DNA of 64,000 nucleotides, from NCBI GenBank assembly GCA_050949045.1, contig JBMNEZ010000001.1:1292139-1356138 (forward strand), in the 5' to 3' direction. Both the position numbers and the translations under genes were made by a program. The notes beneath the pieces are model-generated. The model worked only from the letters and a program-made list of their open reading frames with translations. It searched no databases and was not told the origin of the DNA. The stretch comes from Candidatus Izemoplasmatales bacterium. Its GTDB lineage: Bacteria > Bacillota_I > Bacilli_A > Izemoplasmatales > Hujiaoplasmataceae. Positions 29,541 to 39,237 of the stretch are shown here, piece after piece; the stretch's first letter is position 1, and each line of letters starts with the position of its first letter.

Positions 29541-29748
29541 AATTGCTCTTAAAGGAGAGCAGTAGAGTGAACTCCATTTTTAGTAGACCTTAATAAAAAA
29601 GAGGAAATATATTACTTTATGTAGCCGTAAGCAAAAATTTCAAATCGTTTTTAAAACACCTTCGCATATACTTAATAACTAACACAAGCTTAATTAATGA
29701 AAGAAAAATGATTGTAAAAAACTTATCAAGCAAAAACTTGTTAAAAAA

Positions 29749-29780
29749 TGCTAGCTTTCGATAGAATGTCGAAGCTAGCA
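29749..29780. terminator. Hairpin terminator downstream of the minus-strand ADH gene
   Basis: TGCTAGCTTTCGA...TCGAAGCTAGCA preceded by an A run (U tract on the minus strand). Confidence 0.7.
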
Positions 29781-29812
29781 TTAATCACTAAAATATTTAT
29801 TCTTTGTCTAAG

Positions 29813-30781
29813 TTATCTAACTGCTACTAAACGTCCTTTTACTTCTCCCCGGCGTAGCCTTTCCAACCCTTCAGGGATTTCGTCAAAAGATATCTCGTGA
29901 AGCTTCGGTTTGAGTTTGCCGGTGGCAAAGTAACCATATACCTCTTTGATATCTTGGGCTGTGCCGCCACAGCTGCCAACAAGTTGGGCTTCTTTTAGAA
30001 TTAAAGATCTAGTATTGATTGTAGATTCTAGTCTGCCCATGCCTACAACTACCACTTTGCCACCAGGTGCTACAGCCTCTAATGCATCGGCTGTGGTTTT
30101 ACCGAATCCAGCAAAATCAACTATTACATCACACTTGGCGGGCGCAAACTCTAGAACACTTTCATAGACGTGTTTGATGCCCATTTCTTCGCCTAGTTTT
30201 CGAGCTTCAGGGTTGATATCGCATGCATATACATCACATTTGTCAATCAGCGCCATGCCTGCAGCAAACTGTCCTAATCCGCCTATTCCGATGATGCCCA
30301 CTTTCATCCCCGGCTTGGCGCCGCCGGCTTTATACAAAGCATGATAAGAGGTCATTCCGGCATCGGTAGCTGCTGCTCCCTCTAAGAAGCCTACACTATC
30401 AGGTAATGGAACTAAACAGTCAACGGGAACCATGCATTTATCAGCGTAACCGCCGTCACATTGATATCCAACTGCCCAAGAACGTCCAGTTTCAGCGCTG
30501 AGTTTTGCGGATATGGGAGCGACCCCCACTCTATCTCCTACTTTAAATCCTTTTACACCTTCACCGACTTCGATAATAACACCTGCATTTTCATGTCCCA
30601 TATACATGGGGTGTGCGGTGATGATGCCTATCCAACCTGGATCTTCTAGAGCCGCAACATCGGAATGACATAATCCAGCTGCTTTAACTTCAATAACAAC
30701 AAATCCTGGTTGAACTATCGGATCGGGTTTTTCAACCAACTTTAGTGGAACATTAGTGTTTGTAAATTGCCAACCTTTCAT
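29813..30781 (-). CDS. Zinc-dependent alcohol dehydrogenase (MDR family)
   Basis: AGLCHSD, GHENAG, GIGGLG; SD GAGGGGAG before ATG at 30781; lacks the structural-Zn Cys loop. Confidence 0.9.
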   Translation of the reverse strand: MKGWQFTNTNVPLKLVEKPDPIVQPGFVVIEVKAAGLCHSDVAALEDPGWIGIITAHPMYMGHENAGVIIEVGEGVKGFKVGDRVGVAPISAKLSAETGRSWAVGYQCDGGYADKCMVPVDCLVPLPDSVGFLEGAAATDAGMTSYHALYKAGGAKPGMKVGIIGIGGLGQFAAGMALIDKCDVYACDINPEARKLGEEMGIKHVYESVLEFAPAKCDVIVDFAGFGKTTADALEAVAPGGKVVVVGMGRLESTINTRSLILKEAQLVGSCGGTAQDIKEVYGYFATGKLKPKLHEISFDEIPEGLERLRRGEVKGRLVAVR

Positions 30782-31168
30782 AAATATCTCCCCTCTTTTA
30801 TTTTTCAGTCTGATATATTTAATACCAAACAAACGGAGTATTGTCAAGAATCTTGTGTGCTTTCATTAAGGCTTTGATTTAAAAAATTTCTTTTATAATG
30901 CTTTATTATTTTTTAAAAAAAATGTTAATATTGAGTGCAAAGACCTAAAAGAATTTTTTATAATCTACGTTAGTCAATTTGGTGATTAATGCGAGCATAT
31001 TTGAGGCTCTCTGGGACTCCTTTTGTTTTTGCGGAGAACCTAATCGTTGATTTAATATGACTTCTCTTCTCATTATTGACAACGACCTTATTATTCGTTT
31101 ATGATATAAATAACGGGCTGGCCGAGTTCCATCGTCATCCCAAATTCGGTAATAGAGGTGTCGAGCGA

Positions 31169-32191
31169 ATGGCACAGCGCAAGAATGTCAAAATGAAAGA
31201 TATCGCTGAGGCGATTGGCGTCAGCACCGTGACCGTATCGAAAGCCTTGGGCAATAAAGAAGGCGTCAGCGAAGAGTTACGGAAAGCCATCAAAGATAAA
31301 GCCGCCGAACTGGGGTATGTCTACAATCCTATTCCAAAATCAATGCTCAATGGCCGAGTCAACAATGTCGGGATTCTGGTCTCAAAGAAGTTTCTTGTAC
31401 GCGGATATGACGTTTATTTTCAGGTATATGAGACGATTGTTGAAAAATTGACAGAATACGGTTATTTCGGTTTGTTAGAAGTGTTGACCAAACAAAAGGA
31501 ATTTGACTGTGAAAAGCCAAGAGTACTCTCTGAATCCAAGGTCGATGGCATTATTTTGCTCGGTCAAATTTCTTATCCTTATATACAAATGATCGAGGCT
31601 AGCGGCATTCCATTCGTTCTTCTCGACTTTTATGGAAGTTATGAAGGTGTCACTTCGGTCATTGCGGATAATTTCTATGGAAGTTACTTGTTGACGAGTT
31701 ACCTTATAAAAAAGGGGCATCGAAAAATCGGGTTTGTTGGGAATTACCGAGCGACCAGCAGCATCATGGACCGCTATATGGGGTATCTCAAGAGTTTAAT
31801 TGAAAATGAAATTGACGAAAAGGTTCAGGATTATCTCATCATGGACCGGGACAATCATAATGTCAATATCGAATTAACGTTTCCAAAAGAGATGCCAACG
31901 TCGTTTGTCTGCAACAATGATGAAGTAGCGAACACATTGATTGGAAAACTGATTCAAAGCGGCTATAAGGTTCCTGACGACGTCTCTGTCGTTGGGTTCG
32001 ACAATTTCGACAAAAACTATAGTTCACAAATCGGCATCACCACGATTGAAGTTGACTTCATTGAAATGGGAAAGACTGCAGTGGACATCATCCTTAAAAA
32101 AATCCAAGATCCAAATTATGATCCCGGACGTCATTTGATAAATTGCCGGATGGTCATTCGCGATTCCGTCAAAGCGCTCCTAGAAGAATAA
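31169..32191 (+). CDS. LacI family transcriptional regulator
   Basis: MKDIAEAIGVSTVTVSKAL HTH; GHRKIGFVG, VPDDVSVVGFDN; SD GAGGTG. Confidence 0.93.
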   Translation: MAQRKNVKMKDIAEAIGVSTVTVSKALGNKEGVSEELRKAIKDKAAELGYVYNPIPKSMLNGRVNNVGILVSKKFLVRGYDVYFQVYETIVEKLTEYGYFGLLEVLTKQKEFDCEKPRVLSESKVDGIILLGQISYPYIQMIEASGIPFVLLDFYGSYEGVTSVIADNFYGSYLLTSYLIKKGHRKIGFVGNYRATSSIMDRYMGYLKSLIENEIDEKVQDYLIMDRDNHNVNIELTFPKEMPTSFVCNNDEVANTLIGKLIQSGYKVPDDVSVVGFDNFDKNYSSQIGITTIEVDFIEMGKTAVDIILKKIQDPNYDPGRHLINCRMVIRDSVKALLEE

Positions 32192-32216
32192 GGAAACTAT
32201 TCTCAATTCATATCTA

Positions 32217-32243
32217 AAGGGTTCTCGCCTGGGACCCTTTTTT
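32217..32243 (+). terminator. Rho-independent terminator after lacI
   Basis: AAGGGTTC..GGGACCCTT followed by a T run. Confidence 0.65.
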
Positions 32244-32270
32244 GATATTGATAAAAATGTAGGCACAGTA

Positions 32271-32344
32271 TTGACAAAGGAACTAGTATAATGTAAACTT
32301 ACTTTAAGGATTTAAGTAATGCATTAAGTAAATTATGTTACATA
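32271..32344 (+). promoter_or_regulatory. Promoter and candidate operator of the mannan locus
   Basis: TTGACA (32271), 17 bp, TAAACT (32294); palindrome TTATGT-T-ACATAA (32332-32344). Confidence 0.55.
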
Positions 32345-32368
32345 AAAAAAACAATTCAAGGAGGAAAA

Positions 32369-35300
32369 ATGAAAAAACGTATTTTTGCCGTTTTATTTGT
32401 GCTGTTTGTTTCATCTTTTGGCTTTTTTCTGATGGCCTGTGAAGAGATGACGACAACCGGCACAACCACAGCGGCCCCCACGACAACTGTTTTGACAACG
32501 ACGGTGCCGACGACGAAGGCACCGACAACAACAGTGCCAACGACGAAGGCACCGACAACGACAGTGCCGACGACGAAGGCACCGACAACGATGGTACCGA
32601 CAACGAAGGCGCCGACAACAACGGTACCGACGACAAAGGCGCCGACAACGACAGTGCCGACGACAAAGGCGCCGACAACGACAGTGCCGACGACAAAGGC
32701 GCCGACAACAGTAGCCCCCACGACGACACTGGCTGTTGAATCGGTGAATGTATTTGGGGCGGAAACAGCTGAAGTGGGTGAGACTGAGCAATATGTCTGC
32801 ACTTTTTCACCAACCGGAGCTGCCAGCCAAGCAGATGTTGTATGGAGCGTCGTCAATGGAACGGGTAAAGCAACCATCTCCGCTCTTGGCGTTTTGACCC
32901 CGACGAGTCCTGGAACAATTACGGTAAAAGCGACGGTTAAAGGAGTAGAAGGATCCCTTGCGGTTACTTTGATCCAATCAGTTGAGTCAGTCACAGTGGA
33001 AGGTCCGGATACGGTAGAATTAGGATCTGATGCGAACTACACCTATACAGTGGTTCCTAGTGATTCGACAATTGAAGAAGTCGTTTGGTCCGTCGTCGCC
33101 GGGACTGGATCGGCCACGATCGATTCGGAAGAAGGTAAATTGTCCCCAGTGGCGGCCGGGACTGTCACGGTACGAGTATCTGTGGATGGTATTTTAGGGA
33201 CAAAACCTGTTCAAATACTCACTCCAGTGGCTTCTGTCAATGTCCAAGGCGATCAATTGGTTAGAATGGAAAACAACCCGACTTTCACAGCCTCGATTCT
33301 ACCGGCTGACGCGGATTATGAAAGCGTCGTTTGGTCAGTTACCAACGGAACCGGCAGTGCGACCATCAGTGAAAACGGAACTTTATCGCCTGTTACACCA
33401 GGAACAGTCACGGTTAATGCATCGGCTAACGGTGTCAAAGGCAGCCTAGAGATTGAATTGATTGTTTCGGTTTCTGGCATAGTAATTTCCGGAGATACGG
33501 AAGTCTTACCGGCGCAAGAATACACATATGTAGCGACTGTGTCGCCGGATAATGCCAAGTATCCACAAGTCACTTGGGCAGTCGTCAACGGCACGGGAAG
33601 CGCGACAATCACGAGCGCTGGTGTATTAACAGGCAACATGGCTGGAACCGTTTCGGTAACGGCGACGGCCGATGGTGTCACAAAGAGCTTTGAAGTCACA
33701 GTTCTAGAAGATGACAGTTTGTTAGGAACGCCGCGTCCAACCCATCTCTTGGCAACGCCTGAGAACACAATCGTTCTCTCAGGAGCATGGGAATTGCAAA
33801 ACGAACTGGAAGGTCTAACTGTTAATTTTGCCCGTCAAGTATATGACGTGTCCTTTACAGCGGAAGCTTCCAAATCTTCATTAGGCGTTCAATTTAGAGT
33901 TCCGAATAATGTCGATTTATCTAGAATGCAATATTTCGCAATCAAGGTTACCGGCTCTACTTTGACCGAAGGAGTCAATCCGACAGTATCTGTTCAATTA
34001 AAAGACTTCGATAGTGGCTTATTACTTTATAACGACCAGCAAACAGAAATTGAAGTCATCAATGATAATCAATGGATTGTCTTCTCGATTGCCAACCGTT
34101 ATCGCTTACAGACCAGTAACAGAGATCTTCGAATCCTTTTGGATCCACACTTCACGGCATCCGGTAACGAAGGCGTGCTGACGATCCAACAAGTGGTGTT
34201 CTTCGGAAATGCCGATCCCGTCATATCACCGCAACTACTCTCCGGGCTGAAGAATGCTCACTGGGAAGACACGGGTGTGACAGCCGAGCCGGCAGTCGAT
34301 GTCATTGATGGGCAAAACGTGGATGTCGTAAAGGTGTCCGCGACCGCAGCCGCGGTGTCAGGCTGGAAAGCCATTCCTTCTTATGTATTAGAAGACATCA
34401 GCCGTGTGACGACAGTCAGTTTCAAAGTGAAACTACTCACGACCGGTCTGCCTTCTGATCCCAAACTGGGAGTCTACTTAGGAGAGACCGACTTGGGGAA
34501 TAAGACGATCGCTCGTCCCGCTGAAGGAGCAGATCCGGTGTATCAGACCATCACCATTACGATTCCGGCCAGCTTGAGAAATGAAGCCAATATGTGGGCG
34601 GTCAAATACATTCAGTTGAAACCCAATAGCGGCGGAAATAAAGCAGTTGAATATTATATTTATGATTTCAAATTATCGGGTGATGCGAACCCCGTTCCCG
34701 TGACAGTCGCTCGCTCGCCTCTTGGCGGGGATGATGTTCCCTTCACTTCAGCTCCATCCTATGTTGAAGCATCTACTCAGACTTTAGTTGCGGCTGATGG
34801 AGATGTTCCTGCTCACCGTCTATGGACTCCGAATGCGGGAGTGTCCCTTATGAAAATTCAATATGGGTACACCAAGTCAGCAGCGAACTTATCAGCCCGC
34901 GAAGGAATGAATGGACTTCACATCACGATTCAAGGCACTGCGGGACTGGAAGTCAATGTCCAACAGAGCTGGGGCGATGGTTGGGCGGACGAATCGCAAC
35001 GTCGCTTTGTCCTTGATGGAACAGTTCAACACATTTATATTCAAGCCTTGACCAGAACGTTGATTACCACTGGAACGTCCGGGACGGCCAACTGGCAGTT
35101 GGGAGCCACGATTCCGGCTGGAACCGAAGGAGCATCAGTTAAAATTTTCTCGATTGCCTTTACCGCTATCATGCCGATTCCAGAGGAAATCGTGAATGAG
35201 GAGATTCCTTTCTCGAGTTTCCGCGAGGCAACAAACATCATAGTTGAAGTTGAAACGGTTCCGACCGATGCAATGACCGTTGCTTATCATGAAGACGGCC

Positions 35301-35647
35301 ATGCCATCGCAACTGTAGCAGTCAACCATGCCAACAATCATTTGATTGCGATTGCCACCCACGACGACCTACGCTATATGAACACATTGACGATTCAGGC
35401 AAAAGGCGCGATTGGAACATCAATGACCATCAAGCTTGCCTACGGCAATACCTTTAATATGGACGTCGATTATGTTCATACCTTTACCAGCAACAATGTT
35501 GAGACCATTGTGATCAACATTCAAGATCGCGATGTGCTCAAAGTGTCAAAAATCTCCCTGTCTTTGTTCTTCAATCTCAATGAGGTCGATGCTCCGGCTA
35601 ACTTTGAAATTCTAAGCGCGGCTTTCAGTGGTGTTGTAACAGAATAG
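32369..35647 (+). CDS. Large surface lipoprotein: Thr/Pro repeat linker, four Big_2-type Ig domains, uncharacterised beta-rich C-terminal domains
   Basis: Lipobox LMAC; repeated V.WSV.NGTG.ATI...G.L....GT.TV.A Ig motif (x4); no GH catalytic motif recognised. Confidence 0.8.
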   Translation: MKKRIFAVLFVLFVSSFGFFLMACEEMTTTGTTTAAPTTTVLTTTVPTTKAPTTTVPTTKAPTTTVPTTKAPTTMVPTTKAPTTTVPTTKAPTTTVPTTKAPTTTVPTTKAPTTVAPTTTLAVESVNVFGAETAEVGETEQYVCTFSPTGAASQADVVWSVVNGTGKATISALGVLTPTSPGTITVKATVKGVEGSLAVTLIQSVESVTVEGPDTVELGSDANYTYTVVPSDSTIEEVVWSVVAGTGSATIDSEEGKLSPVAAGTVTVRVSVDGILGTKPVQILTPVASVNVQGDQLVRMENNPTFTASILPADADYESVVWSVTNGTGSATISENGTLSPVTPGTVTVNASANGVKGSLEIELIVSVSGIVISGDTEVLPAQEYTYVATVSPDNAKYPQVTWAVVNGTGSATITSAGVLTGNMAGTVSVTATADGVTKSFEVTVLEDDSLLGTPRPTHLLATPENTIVLSGAWELQNELEGLTVNFARQVYDVSFTAEASKSSLGVQFRVPNNVDLSRMQYFAIKVTGSTLTEGVNPTVSVQLKDFDSGLLLYNDQQTEIEVINDNQWIVFSIANRYRLQTSNRDLRILLDPHFTASGNEGVLTIQQVVFFGNADPVISPQLLSGLKNAHWEDTGVTAEPAVDVIDGQNVDVVKVSATAAAVSGWKAIPSYVLEDISRVTTVSFKVKLLTTGLPSDPKLGVYLGETDLGNKTIARPAEGADPVYQTITITIPASLRNEANMWAVKYIQLKPNSGGNKAVEYYIYDFKLSGDANPVPVTVARSPLGGDDVPFTSAPSYVEASTQTLVAADGDVPAHRLWTPNAGVSLMKIQYGYTKSAANLSAREGMNGLHITIQGTAGLEVNVQQSWGDGWADESQRRFVLDGTVQHIYIQALTRTLITTGTSGTANWQLGATIPAGTEGASVKIFSIAFTAIMPIPEEIVNEEIPFSSFREATNIIVEVETVPTDAMTVAYHEDGHAIATVAVNHANNHLIAIATHDDLRYMNTLTIQAKGAIGTSMTIKLAYGNTFNMDVDYVHTFTSNNVETIVINIQDRDVLKVSKISLSLFFNLNEVDAPANFEILSAAFSGVVTE
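32495..32704 (+). repeat. Coding tandem repeat, 7 x 30 bp (TTTVPTTKAP)
   Basis: Units start at 32495, 32525, 32555, 32585, 32615, 32645 and 32675. Confidence 0.95.
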
Positions 35648-35661
35648 ACTAAGAGATGTAA

Positions 35662-35714
35662 TCGAACTTGTTATGTGCCTCACATTGTATCGACAGTGTG
35701 AGGCACACGTTCGA
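35662..35714 (+). other. Long intergenic stem-loop without U tract
   Basis: TCGAAC..TGTGCCTCACATTGT-ATCG-ACAGTGTGAGGCACA.GTTCGA. Confidence 0.8.
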
Positions 35715-35785
35715 TACAATAATATGTTTATGGCTATCTATCAATAACAAATAAAGAAATATATTATGAATTTAGGTGAACTTAA

Positions 35786-38700
35786 ATGAAACTAATATGG
35801 AAAAGAATCCTGATATTCGGCCTCTTTTCGTTTTTGGTTGCTTTTCTAATATCTTGTGATGAACTGACAAAACTATCTACCACTACTGGACTTCCATCGA
35901 CCGGGACCCAATCAACAACTTCCAGTTCTGTGATTACCACTACAACGGTAAAACCAACCACAACAACCCAGGCTCCGATCACAACGACTTACAGCGACCA
36001 AACTTTACCTATAACAACAATACCTTCAACTACCGATGACACTTCAAGTGATTTGACAACCACCATATCTACGGATATCGTGACAACGACCGTATCACAG
36101 CCCATTGATGTGACGACTGTGGCTAAGGTTTCAGTATCCGCCATCATTGTCTCGGGTTCATCGCGAATTCAGTCGGGAACGTCTTCAGCTTATTCTGCAC
36201 AAGTATTTCCCGAAAACGCCACCGATAAACAAGTGGTTTGGTCTGTCGTTCCTGGAACCGGACAAGCCACAATCAACGCTTCCGGTGTTTTGGTCGGGAC
36301 AAGTGCTGGCACGGTCACGGTTGTGGCAACTGCCTCCAATCAAGTTACAGGATCCCGTACCGTTACCATCACTCCGGGTAAGATTAACGTTGAAACGGTC
36401 ACAATTTCGGGACCGAACGAGATTGCATTGAATCATACTGGTGTTTTCATTGCCAATGTGTTGCCGGTAAATGCCACCGATCAAACCGTGATGTGGAGTG
36501 TCAGCCCGTTAACTGGTAATGCGACAATTACTCAAAACGGCACGTTGACCCCCTCTCAAATGGGAACTGTCGTCGTTGTCGCGATTGTGGATGGCGTACC
36601 TGCAGAAAAAACAATAACGATCACTAGTGCGATCATTCCACTATCTTCCGTCTCAGTTGTAGCTCCGGAGAATATTATCGAGTTTGAAGAACATGAAATC
36701 GAGTTTACGGTTTCCCCTGAAGATGCCACTTACTCCACAGTCTCTTGGGCGGTAATCAACGGTACCGGAGAGGCAGTAATCTCTCCCGCTGGCCTTTTAA
36801 CGGCAATGAAACCGGGAACCGTAACCATTCGCGTGACGGTGGACAATGTTGTCGACTTTATCGAAAAGACAATTCTAGATCGTCCCAATTTGGTGACTGA
36901 GTTTGTCACTTCGAGAAACGGATACTTCTATGAGGGAGAAAGCGAAACGCCTTTCCGCTTCTTAGGGACAAACAACTATAATTTGCATTATAAATCTGAT
37001 GCCATGATTGACGATGTCATCATTCAAGCAGCCGACATGGGAATCAAAGTCATTCGCATGTGGGCGTTCTTTGATGGTTGGGAAGACGAAGGTCGAGCCA
37101 ACTATGCTTATGGTCAAATCGCTCCAGGCGTCTACGACAAAACTCCAAAAGAGTATTTTGGGGAAACTCTGTATGATCGGAATACCGGATTGGAAAAGGA
37201 TCCTGTCCACATTTTGGATCGCGTCGATTATACCATCCGCAGAGCGGGACAATATGGCATTCGTGTCGAATTGGTCTTGACCAATTACTATCCGGAATTT
37301 GGCGGAATGCAAATGTATGCCAACTGGTACAATACATTAAATCCGGGCGCTAATGTTTCAAAAACGGCATTTTACACCAATGAGACCATGAAGGGCTGGT
37401 ACAAGGATTGGATCAGTTATGTAGCCAATCGGACCAACCAATTGACAGGAGTCAAATACAAAGACGACCCGACGATCTTTTCTTGGGGACTTGCCAATGA
37501 ACCAGATGGCGCCGGTGTTCCTACCTGGGCGGCCGAGATGAGTGCTTATCTCAAAAACACGATTGGTGTGAAACAAATGGTGACCGCCAGTGCCCAAGGG
37601 TCTCTTGGGAACGCTCCGGCAACTTTGGAGATTAACAAAAACACCGCCGAAGGACGGATTGCCCCGGATGATGATTTCAGTTATTCGTTTGTTCGATCGG
37701 GAATTGGTGGCGGTTATTATGGATACGGCACCGCTGTCAATCACTGGGCCTTGTTACAAATTGACACACTCGATTATGTCACGGCGCATCTCTATGTTGA
37801 CCACTGGGGAGTTACTAACGACCGAGCCATTGAATACGGTGAAAAATTCATCAAGGATCATATCGCTTTGGCAAAATATTGGGGAAAGCCCTTTGTCTTG
37901 GAAGAATATGGCGCCATGCGGGCGTCCATGTCCGAATCTAAGCGCGTTCATCGCGATCTTGCCTATGATGTTTGGAACCGGGCAGTCTATGAAATGGGCG
38001 GAGCTGGGTCGATGTTTTGGATCCTGACAGGCATTGAGGACAGCCCCGATGCGGACGCTAATGGAAATTACCCAGACTTTGATGGATTCCGCGTTTTGAA
38101 TGACGGCGGCAGCACTAGTTTGCTTCTAAAAAAATATGCCCAACTTTTCAACAATGAAATAGAATCGATCGAAAGAGAAGCAAGAGTCTACCTGCTAAGT
38201 CCACTATTAAGTGAGATAACCAAGAGCGGCAACTATAAAATCGAAGCCAAGGTTATCCCCGAGGACAAAGTCGTGGCGAACGTCTATCTTTATGTCCATG
38301 GCCAAGCACCGATCTCGATGACGGCTCAAACCAGCGACCCGTATCGCACCGGAATTTATAGTCACACACTGACGATGACCAATATCGAACCGGGCGAGGA
38401 CTATACCATTAAAGTCGTGGTCAAGTTTACGGACGATAGCACACTGGAAACTGAAGTTCGAAATATTCGCCGTTATAAATATTTAGAACTTGACACACTC
38501 TATGACATGGATTTCAACAGCGAACAACAAATCAATTTCCAAACCTTTGGAAGCTATGAAGCAACCTTGAGAAGTATCAACCACAACAAGACTTTGGAAA
38601 TGCTCCAACTTGACGTCTTGAATCTCAATGTCAACTGGTCAGAGCACAAAGTAAAACTTATTGCGTTCCCATTGACTTCCGGCGGACTGCCCATGGTGCC

Positions 38701-39160
38701 AAACACGTTCAGAGTTCAATATACTACCTACTACAACAAGGCGATTGTGGATGCTCTGCCAAACCCTGACCCCTGTATTCTCAAAAATTATATTGCGTTG
38801 GAGCCCGGCTGGGTCAAAACCGGAATTGATCAAAACAATGTATCAATTGCGACGATTCGAACCAATGCCGCGAAAGATGACAGCGATCCGACAAAGCGAT
38901 CAGATTATGGAATCCGTTGGATTGACCTGAACCAAGACCAAGTTGCGACAGACAACGAACAGTTTTACTTCCATACACTCACGCTTGAATTCGTTCCCAA
39001 TGACAGTTTGAATGCAATTTGCATCAACCCGACCACCGGGAGAATGCCCTACGATGGAATTATGTATGTCGACGATGTCAAGTTGTATGGATATGCCAAT
39101 GGTGCCCCAATCGATTCCTTGGAGCCTCCGGCGGACTTCGTCTTTGATCTCGGAGAATAG
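35786..39160 (+). CDS. Lipoprotein endo-beta-1,4-mannanase: Thr linker, three Big_2 domains, GH5, Ig-like domain, CBM27-like module
   Basis: Lipobox LISC; FRFLGTNNY, IRMWAF, YKDDPTIFSWGLANEP (acid/base), LEEYG (nucleophile). C-terminal LEPGWVKTG.DQNN and YDGIMYVDDVKLY resemble Thermotoga Man5 CBM27. Confidence 0.85.
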   Translation: MKLIWKRILIFGLFSFLVAFLISCDELTKLSTTTGLPSTGTQSTTSSSVITTTTVKPTTTTQAPITTTYSDQTLPITTIPSTTDDTSSDLTTTISTDIVTTTVSQPIDVTTVAKVSVSAIIVSGSSRIQSGTSSAYSAQVFPENATDKQVVWSVVPGTGQATINASGVLVGTSAGTVTVVATASNQVTGSRTVTITPGKINVETVTISGPNEIALNHTGVFIANVLPVNATDQTVMWSVSPLTGNATITQNGTLTPSQMGTVVVVAIVDGVPAEKTITITSAIIPLSSVSVVAPENIIEFEEHEIEFTVSPEDATYSTVSWAVINGTGEAVISPAGLLTAMKPGTVTIRVTVDNVVDFIEKTILDRPNLVTEFVTSRNGYFYEGESETPFRFLGTNNYNLHYKSDAMIDDVIIQAADMGIKVIRMWAFFDGWEDEGRANYAYGQIAPGVYDKTPKEYFGETLYDRNTGLEKDPVHILDRVDYTIRRAGQYGIRVELVLTNYYPEFGGMQMYANWYNTLNPGANVSKTAFYTNETMKGWYKDWISYVANRTNQLTGVKYKDDPTIFSWGLANEPDGAGVPTWAAEMSAYLKNTIGVKQMVTASAQGSLGNAPATLEINKNTAEGRIAPDDDFSYSFVRSGIGGGYYGYGTAVNHWALLQIDTLDYVTAHLYVDHWGVTNDRAIEYGEKFIKDHIALAKYWGKPFVLEEYGAMRASMSESKRVHRDLAYDVWNRAVYEMGGAGSMFWILTGIEDSPDADANGNYPDFDGFRVLNDGGSTSLLLKKYAQLFNNEIESIEREARVYLLSPLLSEITKSGNYKIEAKVIPEDKVVANVYLYVHGQAPISMTAQTSDPYRTGIYSHTLTMTNIEPGEDYTIKVVVKFTDDSTLETEVRNIRRYKYLELDTLYDMDFNSEQQINFQTFGSYEATLRSINHNKTLEMLQLDVLNLNVNWSEHKVKLIAFPLTSGGLPMVPNTFRVQYTTYYNKAIVDALPNPDPCILKNYIALEPGWVKTGIDQNNVSIATIRTNAAKDDSDPTKRSDYGIRWIDLNQDQVATDNEQFYFHTLTLEFVPNDSLNAICINPTTGRMPYDGIMYVDDVKLYGYANGAPIDSLEPPADFVFDLGE

Positions 39161-39237
39161 GACTCGGTTATTTTAGAATAATGCTTTGATTATTCATATT
39201 ATTCATAGTAAAGTAATATAAAAGAAAGGAGTCAGTG

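Noticed and set aside
29365..29565. 66-aa ORF
   Set aside because: It spans the promoter, fluoride aptamer and terminator; low complexity and no SD.
29642..29665. AAATCGTTTTTAAAACACCTTC, weakly like the start of the cassette left arm
   Set aside because: Similarity is short and AT-rich and is not followed by TTTGTTAAGC, GGGTGCGTA or the core, so no right boundary can be assigned to the tRNA-Thr patch.
32304..32994. Minus-strand repetitive ORFs (169, 212 and 126 aa)
   Set aside because: Open only because they are antisense to the 30-bp coding repeat.
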